Below, piece after piece: positions 22,363 to 31,372 of a stretch of DNA of 36,909 bases. Each line of letters opens with the position of its first letter. Position 1 is the first letter of the stretch. The notes beneath the pieces are model-generated. The model saw nothing but the letters and a program-made list of their open reading frames with translations, made no database searches and had not been told where the DNA came from. Position numbers and translations under genes: made by a program. Origin of the DNA: Dehalococcoidales bacterium (GTDB lineage: Bacteria; Chloroflexota; Dehalococcoidia; Dehalococcoidales; UBA5627); assembly GCA_028706995.1 (NCBI GenBank), contig JAQTVR010000001.1:1-36909 (forward strand). Reading direction: 5' to 3'.

Positions 22363-22752
22363 ATGGGACAAACATTAAACGAGCAGGTACTCGATGTCTC
22401 TTTTACTATAACCGATAACGCGACCGAGACAATAGACCTGGCTATACAGTTTAAGGACATAGCCGGTAATGATATAGACCACCCCGTAGCTGCGATGGTT
22501 TATATCACTACTGATGCACACGGCCAGACACTCGCCGCTAACAGCACGGATATATCAGAGATAGCAATTAAGACAGACGGCACGATATTATTCGAGCCTT
22601 CGACTAACGTGATGGCTTACTGCGTATCTGAATCAGACGGAGATTTGGGATTAACAATAACAATGCTCACGGGTAAAACAGTTTATGTCAATGTGGTTAT
22701 GCCTAACGGTGAGGTTGAGACCTGCGCCACTGCTTTGACATATACCGCATAG
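22363..22752 (+). CDS. 129-aa head-module protein, paralog A (decoration-protein candidate)
   Basis: Aligns gap-free along its whole length with 22761..23150. Identity is roughly two-thirds by eye. Confidence 0.65.
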   Translation: MGQTLNEQVLDVSFTITDNATETIDLAIQFKDIAGNDIDHPVAAMVYITTDAHGQTLAANSTDISEIAIKTDGTILFEPSTNVMAYCVSESDGDLGLTITMLTGKTVYVNVVMPNGEVETCATALTYTA

Positions 22753-22760
22753 GAGGAATT

Positions 22761-23150
22761 ATGGGTTCAACAATATCAGAACAAGTATTAGACGTTGCAT
22801 TTACTGTATCGGATAACGATACCACAACGCCGAACATAGCAATGCAATTCAAGGATGTAGGGGGAAACGACATCGACCATCCTGTTGCGGTTGTGTGCTA
22901 TTTATCTACAGACGCTTATGGTCAGACTTTGGCCGTAGATAGCACTGATACATCTCAAATAGCAATCGGAACGGACGGGACCATACTATACGAACCAGTA
23001 ACGGATATAGCCGCTTACTGTGTATCAGAAACTGACGGAGACCTTGACCTTGAAATCACAGTAGTGGATGGCAAATCCGTGTACTTCAACGTAGTTATGC
23101 CGAACGGTGAAGTCTCAACCTGTGCAACGGCATTATATTACTCAAGTTAG
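22761..23150 (+). CDS. 129-aa head-module protein, paralog B
   Basis: Tandem paralog of 22363..22752 with the same length. Shared blocks include FKD..GNDIDHPVA and NVVMPNGEV.TCATAL. Confidence 0.65.
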   Translation: MGSTISEQVLDVAFTVSDNDTTTPNIAMQFKDVGGNDIDHPVAVVCYLSTDAYGQTLAVDSTDTSQIAIGTDGTILYEPVTDIAAYCVSETDGDLDLEITVVDGKSVYFNVVMPNGEVSTCATALYYSS

Positions 23151-23160
23151 GAGGTAAAAT

Positions 23161-24108
23161 ATGGGTTCAAACTATAGGTCAATAGATGAATCCGGTAATG
23201 ATATTTTCAACATCGGCGGGGAGTTAAAATTCCTTGCCGGTGGGTCTTTATCGGGTGCCGGGTTCTCATTCAAAGGAACTTGCTACTACGTTGATGGAAC
23301 TGACGGCGATGATGATAATGACGGCTTAACATGGAGTGGAGCAAAGAAAACCATCGCTACCGCCGCTGCTCTCTTAGTAGCAGGAGACACCCTGTTTATC
23401 AAAGGGTCATTTAACGAGGCTGTTGAGGTTGATGTTGCCGGAGTTTCTATTATAGGGGTCGGGACAACGACAAATCAGGCTTTATGGACTGCGCCTGATA
23501 CTACCGCGCCCTGCTTGACTATAAGTGCGGCTGCGGATGTCTTGGTAAGGAATATAAGATTTCGACCGGCCGTAGCTAATGCGGGAATCGAACTTGAAGG
23601 GGCTTCACATCAGGCAACTATCGTAGATTGCCGCTTCCAGGGTAAGGCAAGCTCGAAATGGGGAATTAAGACAGACGGCGCACAGGCTAACGTCAAGATT
23701 CTAAATTGCGAGTTTTACTACCTCAACACCGCAACTCACGGCTGTGCTATTTACGGCCATACCTACACATCTTCAGAGCCTTCAGGGTGGATTATCGACA
23801 ACTGCAAATTCCACTCCAATACCAGACATATCTCGTGCAGAATGAGGCAGTCAATAATCACTAATTCCTACTTCTCAGGTAAGGGCTTGATTGCCGCTGG
23901 GACTATGGCCGCTCCTGATGGCGCTATTGATATTTCAGGCGCTACGGGTGGCTGTAATATCGTCACTAAGAACTTCTTAGGTGGCGATTACTCAACTGCA
24001 TTGTATGTATCGGGAACTGACGATGACTGGGTTGGAAACTTCTCATCTGACGTTGACGAAACTGAGGTTGCTGACAACGGTATAACTATCGCTGTTCCGG
24101 CTGCATAA
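23161..24108 (+). CDS. Right-handed parallel beta-helix (pectate-lyase-fold-like) protein in the head module
   Basis: YYVDGTDGDDDNDGLTWSGAKKTIATAAALLVAGDTLFIKG is a typical beta-helix N-cap. Repeated short beta-rung-like segments follow. Confidence 0.6.
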   Translation: MGSNYRSIDESGNDIFNIGGELKFLAGGSLSGAGFSFKGTCYYVDGTDGDDDNDGLTWSGAKKTIATAAALLVAGDTLFIKGSFNEAVEVDVAGVSIIGVGTTTNQALWTAPDTTAPCLTISAAADVLVRNIRFRPAVANAGIELEGASHQATIVDCRFQGKASSKWGIKTDGAQANVKILNCEFYYLNTATHGCAIYGHTYTSSEPSGWIIDNCKFHSNTRHISCRMRQSIITNSYFSGKGLIAAGTMAAPDGAIDISGATGGCNIVTKNFLGGDYSTALYVSGTDDDWVGNFSSDVDETEVADNGITIAVPAA

Positions 24109-24123
24109 ATTAACCCGTAAGGG

Positions 24124-24169
24124 CGTACCCCCTGTCAGAGTTAATCTCCTTTGCTCAGCAGGGGGTACG
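24124..24169 (+). other. 11-bp stem / 24-nt loop hairpin
   Basis: CGTACCCCCTG 24124-34 pairs with CAGGGGGTACG 24159-69. No U tract follows. Confidence 0.5.
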
Positions 24170-24186
24170 TTAATAAGGAGGAATAA

Positions 24187-24348
24187 ATGAGAGTCAGAAT
24201 ATTAAAACCATTTTATCACGCAAGAAAGAAAATAGCCTACAAGCCAAACGAAATCGTGGATGCCAAAAAGGACGAAGCGGAATTATGGATGCATCACGGG
24301 ATGGCTATGCAGGACAAATCGGTAGAAGTCCCTGAACGGAAGGGGTAG
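24187..24348 (+). CDS. Small head-tail module protein (53 aa, below the track cutoff)
   Basis: AAGGAGG upstream. Hand translation gives MRVRILKPFYHARKKIAYKPNEIVDAKKDEAELWMHHGMAMQDKSVEVPERKG. Confidence 0.5.
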   Translation: MRVRILKPFYHARKKIAYKPNEIVDAKKDEAELWMHHGMAMQDKSVEVPERKG

Positions 24349-24351
24349 ATT

Positions 24352-25332
24352 ATGAGTTTATCAGCAACAGCATTAGTAACATTAAATCAGGCTAGGAATT
24401 TTATACAGTCAAACCCCGCCTCAACTCAAATAGTATCGGCTGAATATGTCGGTATGGGAGACGGCGGGACGAAGACATTTACACTTGACCATACCCCTGT
24501 CAGTGGTTCATTGCAATTATATGTCAATGGCACGCTGAAGGTTGAAGATACAGATTTCACTTTGTCAACAGCAACTATTACATTCGGAACAGCTCCGGCA
24601 TTAAATCAACCAGTTACGGCTTCTTATGTTTACACCGCCACAGCAGATTCATTCGAGGATATGGAAGATGACTTAATTGAATTCTTAATCAATGCGGCTA
24701 CAAAGAAAGCAGAGGATTACACTGGGAGGGCTTTTGTCCAGAGGTCGAATACTGATTATATCAACGGAGACGGCACAGATACTTTAAGGCTTCAAAGGTT
24801 ACCCATAACCACTATAACATCGGTTTCCTATCGCAGGGTGGTTGGAAAGACGGGAGACGGCTCTACAACGGCATTCAGCCTCGGTTATACACCCAAAACA
24901 AACTCATTAAAAGTATATCTTGATGGTACTTTGCAGAGTTCTGGTTATACCTTATCAAGCCAGACCGTTACGTTTACGTCTGCTCCTTCGGACGGGCAGA
25001 AAATTATATTCAGGTTTGAGGTTAGCCTTGACCTATCCGATGACTACGAAGAGAAGCTACACATCGGAAGATTAGTCGGTTCGTGGTTGGAAGATTACGA
25101 ATACATAGTAACTTACACGGCAGGGTATGAATCGACTGTAGCCGCAACTCAGGCATTAGTACCCGATGCGGTAATGGCTGTTCTGTCTGCGGTCAAATAT
25201 TGGTATGAGAACCGAATGGGTCTCAAATCAGAATCAATCACAGGGTTAAGCTCTACCGATTACGGGGTTATCGGGGAACTTCCCGAAGTGTCGAAGAAGT
25301 TTCTGTCATCTTTAAACAGGAATCTGATATGA
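24352..25332 (+). CDS. Head-tail connector (gp6-like) carrying two copies of a ~60-aa insert module
   Basis: Core motifs are LINAATKKAEDYTGRAFVQRS...LPITTITSVSY and ...YTAGYE...VKYWYENR. The repeated modules read GDGGTKTFTLDHTPVSGSLQLYVNG... and GDGSTTAFSLGYTPKTNSLKVYLDG... Confidence 0.7.
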   Translation: MSLSATALVTLNQARNFIQSNPASTQIVSAEYVGMGDGGTKTFTLDHTPVSGSLQLYVNGTLKVEDTDFTLSTATITFGTAPALNQPVTASYVYTATADSFEDMEDDLIEFLINAATKKAEDYTGRAFVQRSNTDYINGDGTDTLRLQRLPITTITSVSYRRVVGKTGDGSTTAFSLGYTPKTNSLKVYLDGTLQSSGYTLSSQTVTFTSAPSDGQKIIFRFEVSLDLSDDYEEKLHIGRLVGSWLEDYEYIVTYTAGYESTVAATQALVPDAVMAVLSAVKYWYENRMGLKSESITGLSSTDYGVIGELPEVSKKFLSSLNRNLI

Positions 25333-25622
25333 ACTTAAACGATATAGTACAGCTTGAAACAAGAACAACCGTACAGACCGCCACGGGGCAGACCGAGGTA
25401 TGGAAGCCTGTACAACGTCTTTACGCCCGTGTAGTCCCGTTAAGCGTCCAGACAAGGGCATCGTATCAACAGCTCAACTCCAAAGTTTCTTATCAGGTGG
25501 TTATCAAAGGGACTATAACACTGGATTCCGATTACAGATTTAAGTGGAAGGATAAGACCTTAACTCCTGCCGAGCCTCCGAAGTATATCAAGGAAACGAC
25601 CGTGATTATGGTGAATGAATGA
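25329..25622 (+). CDS. Head closure / head-tail adaptor (SPP1 gp16-like)
   Basis: 97 aa, TEVWKPVQRLYARVVPLS pattern, and the expected position. Confidence 0.65.
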   Translation: MNLNDIVQLETRTTVQTATGQTEVWKPVQRLYARVVPLSVQTRASYQQLNSKVSYQVVIKGTITLDSDYRFKWKDKTLTPAEPPKYIKETTVIMVNE

Positions 25623-26029
25623 GTATAAAAATAGTCAGCAAAATACCAGAAGCGAAATCCAAGATAAAATCAGAAGCATTTGCTCGTATGGTTAAGGCTG
25701 TAAACGCTGTCAGGAATGAGACGCTTGAAACCTTATCTGGCAGCAGGTCGGGAAGAACCTACTTTGTACCGGGAACTATGACAACTTATACCGCATCATC
25801 TCCCGGGGAACCGCCCGCAGTGGCTACAGGGGAGTTAAAGGGGTCAGTTAAAACCTCTATTGAACAAGCAGGATTAAATATTATTGGTTACGTTGGGAGC
25901 GGGATTGATTACGCACCCTGTCTTGAATTCGGAACCAAAAAGATGTCTCCGCGCCCCTGGTTAAAACCTTCCTTCGAAAAGTCAGAGCCGAAACTAAGAG
26001 ATATATTAGGTGGGAAATGGCAGATTTAG
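25619..26029 (+). CDS. HK97 gp10-family tail component
   Basis: DYAPCLEFGTKKMSPRPWLKPSF. Confidence 0.75.
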   Translation: MSIKIVSKIPEAKSKIKSEAFARMVKAVNAVRNETLETLSGSRSGRTYFVPGTMTTYTASSPGEPPAVATGELKGSVKTSIEQAGLNIIGYVGSGIDYAPCLEFGTKKMSPRPWLKPSFEKSEPKLRDILGGKWQI

Positions 26030-26457
26030 ATATTCAAAACAGTTTAATAACGGCTATTTATAACAGATTGACTACAGATACCACGTTAAAATCTTTAATG
26101 GGCGGTACAGTCAGGTTGTATCATACGTGGGCTGAAACCGATGCTGTATTCCCTTATCTTGTACACAGAATAGATATGGCTAATGTTGCCGACTGGTGTC
26201 CTGTTAGAAGGTGTACTTATTATCTCGACATCTGGTCGGACTCTCCCAATGCAAGCGAATGTTTATCCATCAGGAAGCAGATTATGGCTTTACTGGATGA
26301 TTACCATTCTTCAACAGATGAAACCACTGAATACTTTATATGGATTCAGACAGATGGATTCATTCCGGAGCAGGAGGAGGGTATATGGCATTACGCTTTA
26401 CAGTTTAATCTTAAATTCGTTAGAGATAGTCAAATAGGCACTTTATTATATAGATAA
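26017..26457 (+). CDS. Tail completion protein (DUF3168-like)
   Basis: LITAIYNRLTTDTTLKSLMGGTVRLYH...FPYLV, and the expected position. Confidence 0.65.
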   Translation: MADLDIQNSLITAIYNRLTTDTTLKSLMGGTVRLYHTWAETDAVFPYLVHRIDMANVADWCPVRRCTYYLDIWSDSPNASECLSIRKQIMALLDDYHSSTDETTEYFIWIQTDGFIPEQEEGIWHYALQFNLKFVRDSQIGTLLYR

Positions 26458-26474
26458 TTTATAGGAGGAATACT

Positions 26475-26906
26475 ATGGCAGCTAGTGCGGCAATTTCAGG
26501 GTTTGGAACTCTACTCAACTGGGACACGGCGGACATCGCAGAATTGACTTCTATTTCGGGGCCGTCAGAGACAGCGAACACAATCGATGTTACCTCACAC
26601 GACTCGGATGATACCTATGCCGAATTCGTGGCGGGTATAAGGGACGGCGGGGAAATATCATTTGACGGGAACGTGATTACAACCGACACAAATGGTCAAA
26701 TCGCAATGCACACCGATTTCCAGGCAGGCTCAAAGAAAGCGTTTATAATCAAACTCCCCGGATGGGTTTCGTCTTCACACGAATACCCGCAGATTACGGG
26801 TTATGGAATAGTAACCGCTTTCGGTATGAACTTCCCCTTTGATGACAAGGTGAGTTTTTCAGCCACAATTAAAGTAACCGGTAAACCGACTTTAACAGTA
26901 TCGTAG
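26475..26906 (+). CDS. Major tail (tube) protein, paralog 1
   Basis: FGTLLNW...ELTSISGPSETANTIDVTSHDSDDTYAEFVAGIRDGGEISFDGN (Phage_tail_2-like). Confidence 0.8.
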   Translation: MAASAAISGFGTLLNWDTADIAELTSISGPSETANTIDVTSHDSDDTYAEFVAGIRDGGEISFDGNVITTDTNGQIAMHTDFQAGSKKAFIIKLPGWVSSSHEYPQITGYGIVTAFGMNFPFDDKVSFSATIKVTGKPTLTVS

Positions 26907-26915
26907 GAGGATATT

Positions 26916-27644
26916 ATGACAGCATCAGCAGGAACTTCGGCATTTGGTACATTCCTTTTTTGGAATGGTGCTAAGGTGCTTGAATTATCAAACATATCGG
27001 GGCCATCGGAAACCCGCAACACTATTGACGTAACCTCCCACGATTCCGATGACACGTACTCCGAGTTTATTGCCGGAGTAGGGGATGGCGGGGAGATTTC
27101 ACTCGAAGGGAACTTAATCACCACAGACTCAGCGGGGCAAGTCGCTTTTCATACCGACCTGCAAGCCGGAACTAAACGGACAGGCTTTATTGTCTTACCG
27201 ATGGCGCTGGGAAAGGCTTTTACTTTTACAGGTATGGGTTCGGGCTTTTCAGGCTCTTATCCTTATGATGACAAGGCATCCGTTTCGGGGACTGTTAAGG
27301 TCTCAGGAAAACCGACTTATCTAACCACACAATCAACAGGAATCTCAGCCTTAGCTGGTATAGAGGAAACCGATACATCTGCTTTGTCTCTGAATGAAGT
27401 GGTGGCGGCGGGTACTTATGCTTATACCTGCACGGTAGATACGGCTTCGTCTTGGGTCAAATTAACAGTAACGGCGGCTTCTCATACTATATACGTCAAC
27501 GGGACGGCTCAAACCACCACTGTACAGGGCGGGGAAATCGCTCTCGGTGCAGCGGGTACTACAACTGAAATTACTATCTTAGTTTATGAATCTAATAAAG
27601 CGCCGAGAATCTACACCTTATCAGTAACCAGACCGGCGGCTTAG
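26916..27644 (+). CDS. Major tail protein paralog 2 with C-terminal Ig/cadherin-like beta-sandwich extension
   Basis: The N-terminal ~140 aa are paralogous to 26475..26906. The C-terminal ~100 aa end ...TYAYTCTVDTASSWVKLTVTAASHTIYVNG...IYTLSVTR. Confidence 0.75.
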   Translation: MTASAGTSAFGTFLFWNGAKVLELSNISGPSETRNTIDVTSHDSDDTYSEFIAGVGDGGEISLEGNLITTDSAGQVAFHTDLQAGTKRTGFIVLPMALGKAFTFTGMGSGFSGSYPYDDKASVSGTVKVSGKPTYLTTQSTGISALAGIEETDTSALSLNEVVAAGTYAYTCTVDTASSWVKLTVTAASHTIYVNGTAQTTTVQGGEIALGAAGTTTEITILVYESNKAPRIYTLSVTRPAA

Positions 27645-27665
27645 TTTAATTAAAAAGGAGAAGAT

Positions 27666-27932
27666 ATGATTAGTAATAGTTCTGTTTTAGCAGAAAAAAT
27701 ATGCAAGGCTTTGAATATCCCGTTCTCAGCGATTAGGCGTGTACATATTGAAGCGGACTATGATAGTGTTGCTATTTTGGAGATAGAAAAGATTATTACG
27801 GTAGATGAGGGTGAAGCTATTGTTAAGGTTCTTGAAGAATACGAATTACGACCTATTGAGAAATCTCTTGAAGTTGAAGAGGCTAAACCAGAAGATGGTT
27901 ATAAAACCTATAAAATAAAGGAGAAGATATGA
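27666..27932 (+). CDS. Acidic hypothetical protein (88 aa)
   Basis: AAAGGAG SD; ATGA coupling to the next gene. Confidence 0.5.
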   Translation: MISNSSVLAEKICKALNIPFSAIRRVHIEADYDSVAILEIEKIITVDEGEAIVKVLEEYELRPIEKSLEVEEAKPEDGYKTYKIKEKI

Positions 27933-28261
27933 ACAAAGTAAAACCGGAAGTAAAAATCACACTTGATAAAGAAAGAACACTCAAACTCGACCTGAATGCG
28001 ATGGTAGCCTTCGAAGATGCTACGGGTAAATCGCTATTCGGTTTTAAGGCTAATAATATCTCGTCAAAAGACATCAGGGCTTTGTTGTGGTCGTGTCTAA
28101 TAAGAGACGATAAAGCCTTGACATTGGAGCAGGTCGGGGAACTGGTAACCTTTGACAATATGGGGCTTATCTCCGAAAAAATACAGGAGATATTCGATGC
28201 TTCAATGCCGGAGGGCAAAGAGGATGATACCCCTTTACCGGAGAGCCTCCCGACTGGATAG
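27929..28261 (+). CDS. Tail assembly chaperone (gpG analogue)
   Basis: It sits immediately upstream of the tape measure gene. LKLDLNAMVAFEDATGKSLF...LTLEQVGELV. Confidence 0.75.
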   Translation: MNKVKPEVKITLDKERTLKLDLNAMVAFEDATGKSLFGFKANNISSKDIRALLWSCLIRDDKALTLEQVGELVTFDNMGLISEKIQEIFDASMPEGKEDDTPLPESLPTG

Positions 28262-28560
28262 ATATATGGTCATTCGGGAGGTATAACCTCGAACTTTCAG
28301 AGTACGAATTCTGGAGATTGACGTTAAAAGAATTCAACGCATTATCGGAACGATATAAGGACGCAGAAAGCCGTCTTGATTACAGGGCGGCTTTAATTTG
28401 CACAGTTTTAGCTGAAATCAATCGGGACAGAAAGAAACGGCCTAAACCATTCAAACCTGATGATTTTATGCCACAGAAACCAAAGAAGAAGTTAAAATCT
28501 GAACAGATGGATAAATCACTCGAAGTAATAACCCAGATGATGGGTGGAGAGATAACGTAA
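27929..28560 (+). CDS. Tail assembly chaperone GT-type fusion via -1 programmed frameshift
   Basis: The -1 frame is open from 28228 to 28560. It encodes DWIDIWSFGRYNLELSEYEFWRLTLKEFNAL..., which is gpT-like. The slippery site lies in the overlap. Confidence 0.65.
28231..28237 (+). promoter_or_regulatory. Candidate -1 slippery heptamer C CCT TTA
   Basis: It has X XXY YYZ geometry in the G frame (codons cct tta) and lies inside the 34-nt overlap window. Confidence 0.5.
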
Positions 28561-30581
28561 TGGAAGTATGGAGTCTCGTAGGTAAAATAACGCTTGACGG
28601 TATGGCGAAGGTAGAAACCCAACTCAGTTCTCTTGAAGGGAAGCTCAAGAAGAACGAAAAGGGCTTTGAAAATCTCCGTAAGGCGGGGATGGCTTTTGCA
28701 GGCGTAGCTACGGCTATCGCCGGCGGGTCGTTGAAAGCTGCCATTGATTTTGAGACCGCTTTCGCAGGGGTGAGAAAGACTGTTGAGGCTACAGAGGAAC
28801 AGTTTGCCGGTTTAGAAGACGGCATCCGCAGTATGTCGAAAGAGTTACCCGTCTCTGCTAACGAAATCGCAGGAGTGGCTGAAGCGGCAGGACAACTCGG
28901 TATCGCTACTGATGACATCCTTTCATTTACCGAGATAATGACTAAACTCGGAATGGCCACTAATCTATCAGCAGACCAAGCGGCTACTTCTCTTGCAAGG
29001 TTTGCTAATATCACAGGGCTTGCAGCAGACCAATATTCCAATCTCGGCGCAGCGGTTGTCGGGCTGGGTAATAATATGGCAGCCACAGAATCTGAAATAG
29101 TTGATATGGCTATGAGGGTGGCTGGCGCCGGAACGAATGCAGGACTTACTCAACAGGAAATCCTCGGTCTTGCAGGTGCTTTAACTTCAATGGGTTTGCG
29201 GGCTGAAGCGGGTGGTACTGCAATAAGCCAAACCTTACTTACAATGAACTCGGCTGTCTTGGGTGGCGGTGAAGAATTAGAAAAATTTGCCTCTGTTGCC
29301 GGAATGTCTGCTGAAAACTTTGCTGCAGCATTTAGAGAGAACGCTTCATCAGCCCTTGTTACATTTATTCAGGGTTTAGGGGAGATGAACGATACCGGTG
29401 CCGATACTACCGGAATACTTGGAGAATTGGGACTGGGTGGAATAAGAATAACCGATACCCTGTTAAGAGCCTCCAATGCACAAGACATATTAACTGACGC
29501 ATTAGATATTGCTAATACGACATGGGAAGAAAATACCGCATTGAACGAAGAGGTTGCCAAGAGAAATGAAACGGCAGCCGCTAAGATGACAATGCTTAAA
29601 AACTCCATAACGGATATGGCTGTTAATCTCGGTGATGCCCTCATACCAGCTATAACGAGTTTAATTGAGAAAATAGCCCCTGTAATTGAAAAGGTGAGTA
29701 ATTGGATTAAAGAGAACGAAGGGCTTACCAAAACGCTACTGGCGATTGTAGGCGGTGGTGGTGTCTTGATGCTATTCGTTGGCCTCATCCCGAAAATCGT
29801 GGGTATGTTTACAGGGTTTATCAATGCTATAAAGATATTTTCAAATGTAACCAAAATTGCAACCGCTATTCAATGGTTATGGAACGCAGCGATGACTGCT
29901 AATCCTATCGGTTTAATTATCGTGGCTATAGCTGCCTTAATTGCCGCAATAGTTTTAATCGCCAAGAACTGGGACAAGATAAGAGAAAAGACTGTTGAAA
30001 TATGGAATAACATTGTCGGATTTTTAAAGGGTGTCTGGGAGGGTATTGTTGGTTTCTTCAAAGATATATGGGATAACATTTCAGGAATATTCTCTAATGC
30101 GTGGGATTTTATTAAATCTGTTTGGAATAACGTTGCTGACTTCTTCGGCTCTATACCGGAGAAAATCGGGCAGGCATTCTCAACTATTAAAGACATTATC
30201 CTGGCTCCGTTCCGCGCTGTGTGGAAAGGCATTGAAAGCGGTATCAACTGGGTTATCGATATGCTTAATAAGATTTCATTTGATATACCCGACTGGGTGC
30301 CGCTACTTGGAGGGAAACATTTTGGAATAAACATCTCTCATGTATCTCTTCCATCATTTCAGGGTTGGGAAGGAAGAATCCCGGGCGCAGAAGGACAGCC
30401 TTATCTCGCAGAGGTACACGGCGGGGAATATATCTATCAAACACCCAAACAATCCGGACCCGTCAATCTCAATATTGAAGTCGCTCAAATGGTAGTCAGG
30501 GAAGAAGCCGACATCAAAAGAGTAGCAAAAGAGCTTTATTCTTTGGTTAGCATAGAGCAAAGGGGGCTGGGAATTGGCTAG
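28560..30581 (+). CDS. Tail tape measure protein
   Basis: 673 aa. TP901-type core AFAGVRKTVEATEEQFAGL...ANEIAGVAEAAGQLGI, a hydrophobic central segment and W/F-rich repeats. Confidence 0.9.
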   Translation: MEVWSLVGKITLDGMAKVETQLSSLEGKLKKNEKGFENLRKAGMAFAGVATAIAGGSLKAAIDFETAFAGVRKTVEATEEQFAGLEDGIRSMSKELPVSANEIAGVAEAAGQLGIATDDILSFTEIMTKLGMATNLSADQAATSLARFANITGLAADQYSNLGAAVVGLGNNMAATESEIVDMAMRVAGAGTNAGLTQQEILGLAGALTSMGLRAEAGGTAISQTLLTMNSAVLGGGEELEKFASVAGMSAENFAAAFRENASSALVTFIQGLGEMNDTGADTTGILGELGLGGIRITDTLLRASNAQDILTDALDIANTTWEENTALNEEVAKRNETAAAKMTMLKNSITDMAVNLGDALIPAITSLIEKIAPVIEKVSNWIKENEGLTKTLLAIVGGGGVLMLFVGLIPKIVGMFTGFINAIKIFSNVTKIATAIQWLWNAAMTANPIGLIIVAIAALIAAIVLIAKNWDKIREKTVEIWNNIVGFLKGVWEGIVGFFKDIWDNISGIFSNAWDFIKSVWNNVADFFGSIPEKIGQAFSTIKDIILAPFRAVWKGIESGINWVIDMLNKISFDIPDWVPLLGGKHFGINISHVSLPSFQGWEGRIPGAEGQPYLAEVHGGEYIYQTPKQSGPVNLNIEVAQMVVREEADIKRVAKELYSLVSIEQRGLGIG

Positions 30582-31314
30582 TTTTACTTTTAATTCTGTT
30601 GACTTATCCGATTATGATTTATCGGTCATATCTTCAAACTTCTTTGAGTTCAGCCAATCGTTACCTTATACCCAGTTACAGGACTATGCCTTAATCGGTG
30701 GCTACAAGAGGAACGCTCTCGGTTTAAAAATGAACGTTGTTATCCAGGGAACGAATGCCGCAGACGTTATATCTAATCTCGATAATGTAAAGAAAACCCT
30801 AGTCGGTGAAGACGAAGAGCAGTTAATTTTAGACTCAGTAAACACAAGATACTGGAATGCCCGACTGGAATCCCTTGATGGTGAGTTTGTGTCTAATACA
30901 ATATGGCAAGGCACTCTAACATTCTTATGTCCCGACCCGCTTGCTTATTCTACCACCGAGACATCATCCGACTTCAACATCGATGCCGACCCCGACACTA
31001 TTTCAGAGACGATGGATGGTACAGCAATAACCAAACCAGTCTGGACTTTAACGGCAGGGGAAACTTTAACCGATGTAACGATTAAACTTGAGAACGTAAT
31101 CACAGGTGAAGAATTACAATGGACAGGCTCATTAGTAGATGAAGACGAACTGGAAATCGACTCCGCTAACTGGACCGTTAAACTAAACGGCACGTCTGCT
31201 ATGACAATAACAGGTGAGTTTCCGAGACTTCAACCTGGCTCGAATACAATTAAGGTGACTGCGTTTTCAACAACAGGGACTTTAAACATTACATACAGAG
31301 ACGCTTATCTATAG
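30574..31314 (+). CDS. Distal tail protein (Dit, Sipho_tail-like)
   Basis: TTG start overlapping the TMP stop. FTFNSVDLSDYDL... N-terminus, and the expected position after the TMP. Confidence 0.75.
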   Translation: MASFTFNSVDLSDYDLSVISSNFFEFSQSLPYTQLQDYALIGGYKRNALGLKMNVVIQGTNAADVISNLDNVKKTLVGEDEEQLILDSVNTRYWNARLESLDGEFVSNTIWQGTLTFLCPDPLAYSTTETSSDFNIDADPDTISETMDGTAITKPVWTLTAGETLTDVTIKLENVITGEELQWTGSLVDEDELEIDSANWTVKLNGTSAMTITGEFPRLQPGSNTIKVTAFSTTGTLNITYRDAYL

Positions 31315-31323
31315 GGGATCAAT

Positions 31324-31352
31324 GCCCTCTTTTATGAGGGCTTATTTATTTT
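31324..31352 (+). terminator. Intrinsic terminator between Dit and downstream tail genes
   Basis: GCCCTC-ttttat-GAGGGC followed by TTATTTATTTT. Confidence 0.7.
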
Positions 31353-31372
31353 AAATTATTGGAGGCTTAATT

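Noticed and set aside
28466-29086. Long minus-strand ORFs nested in + strand genes. Examples are 28466..29086, 3887..4345, 4429..4938, 29369..29854, 29870..30334, 9624..9986 and 19490..19876.
   Set aside because: They lie antisense to genes with clear homology-type motifs and strong SDs. They have no SD of their own, and their translations are S/L/I/F-rich low-complexity strings typical of antisense frames.
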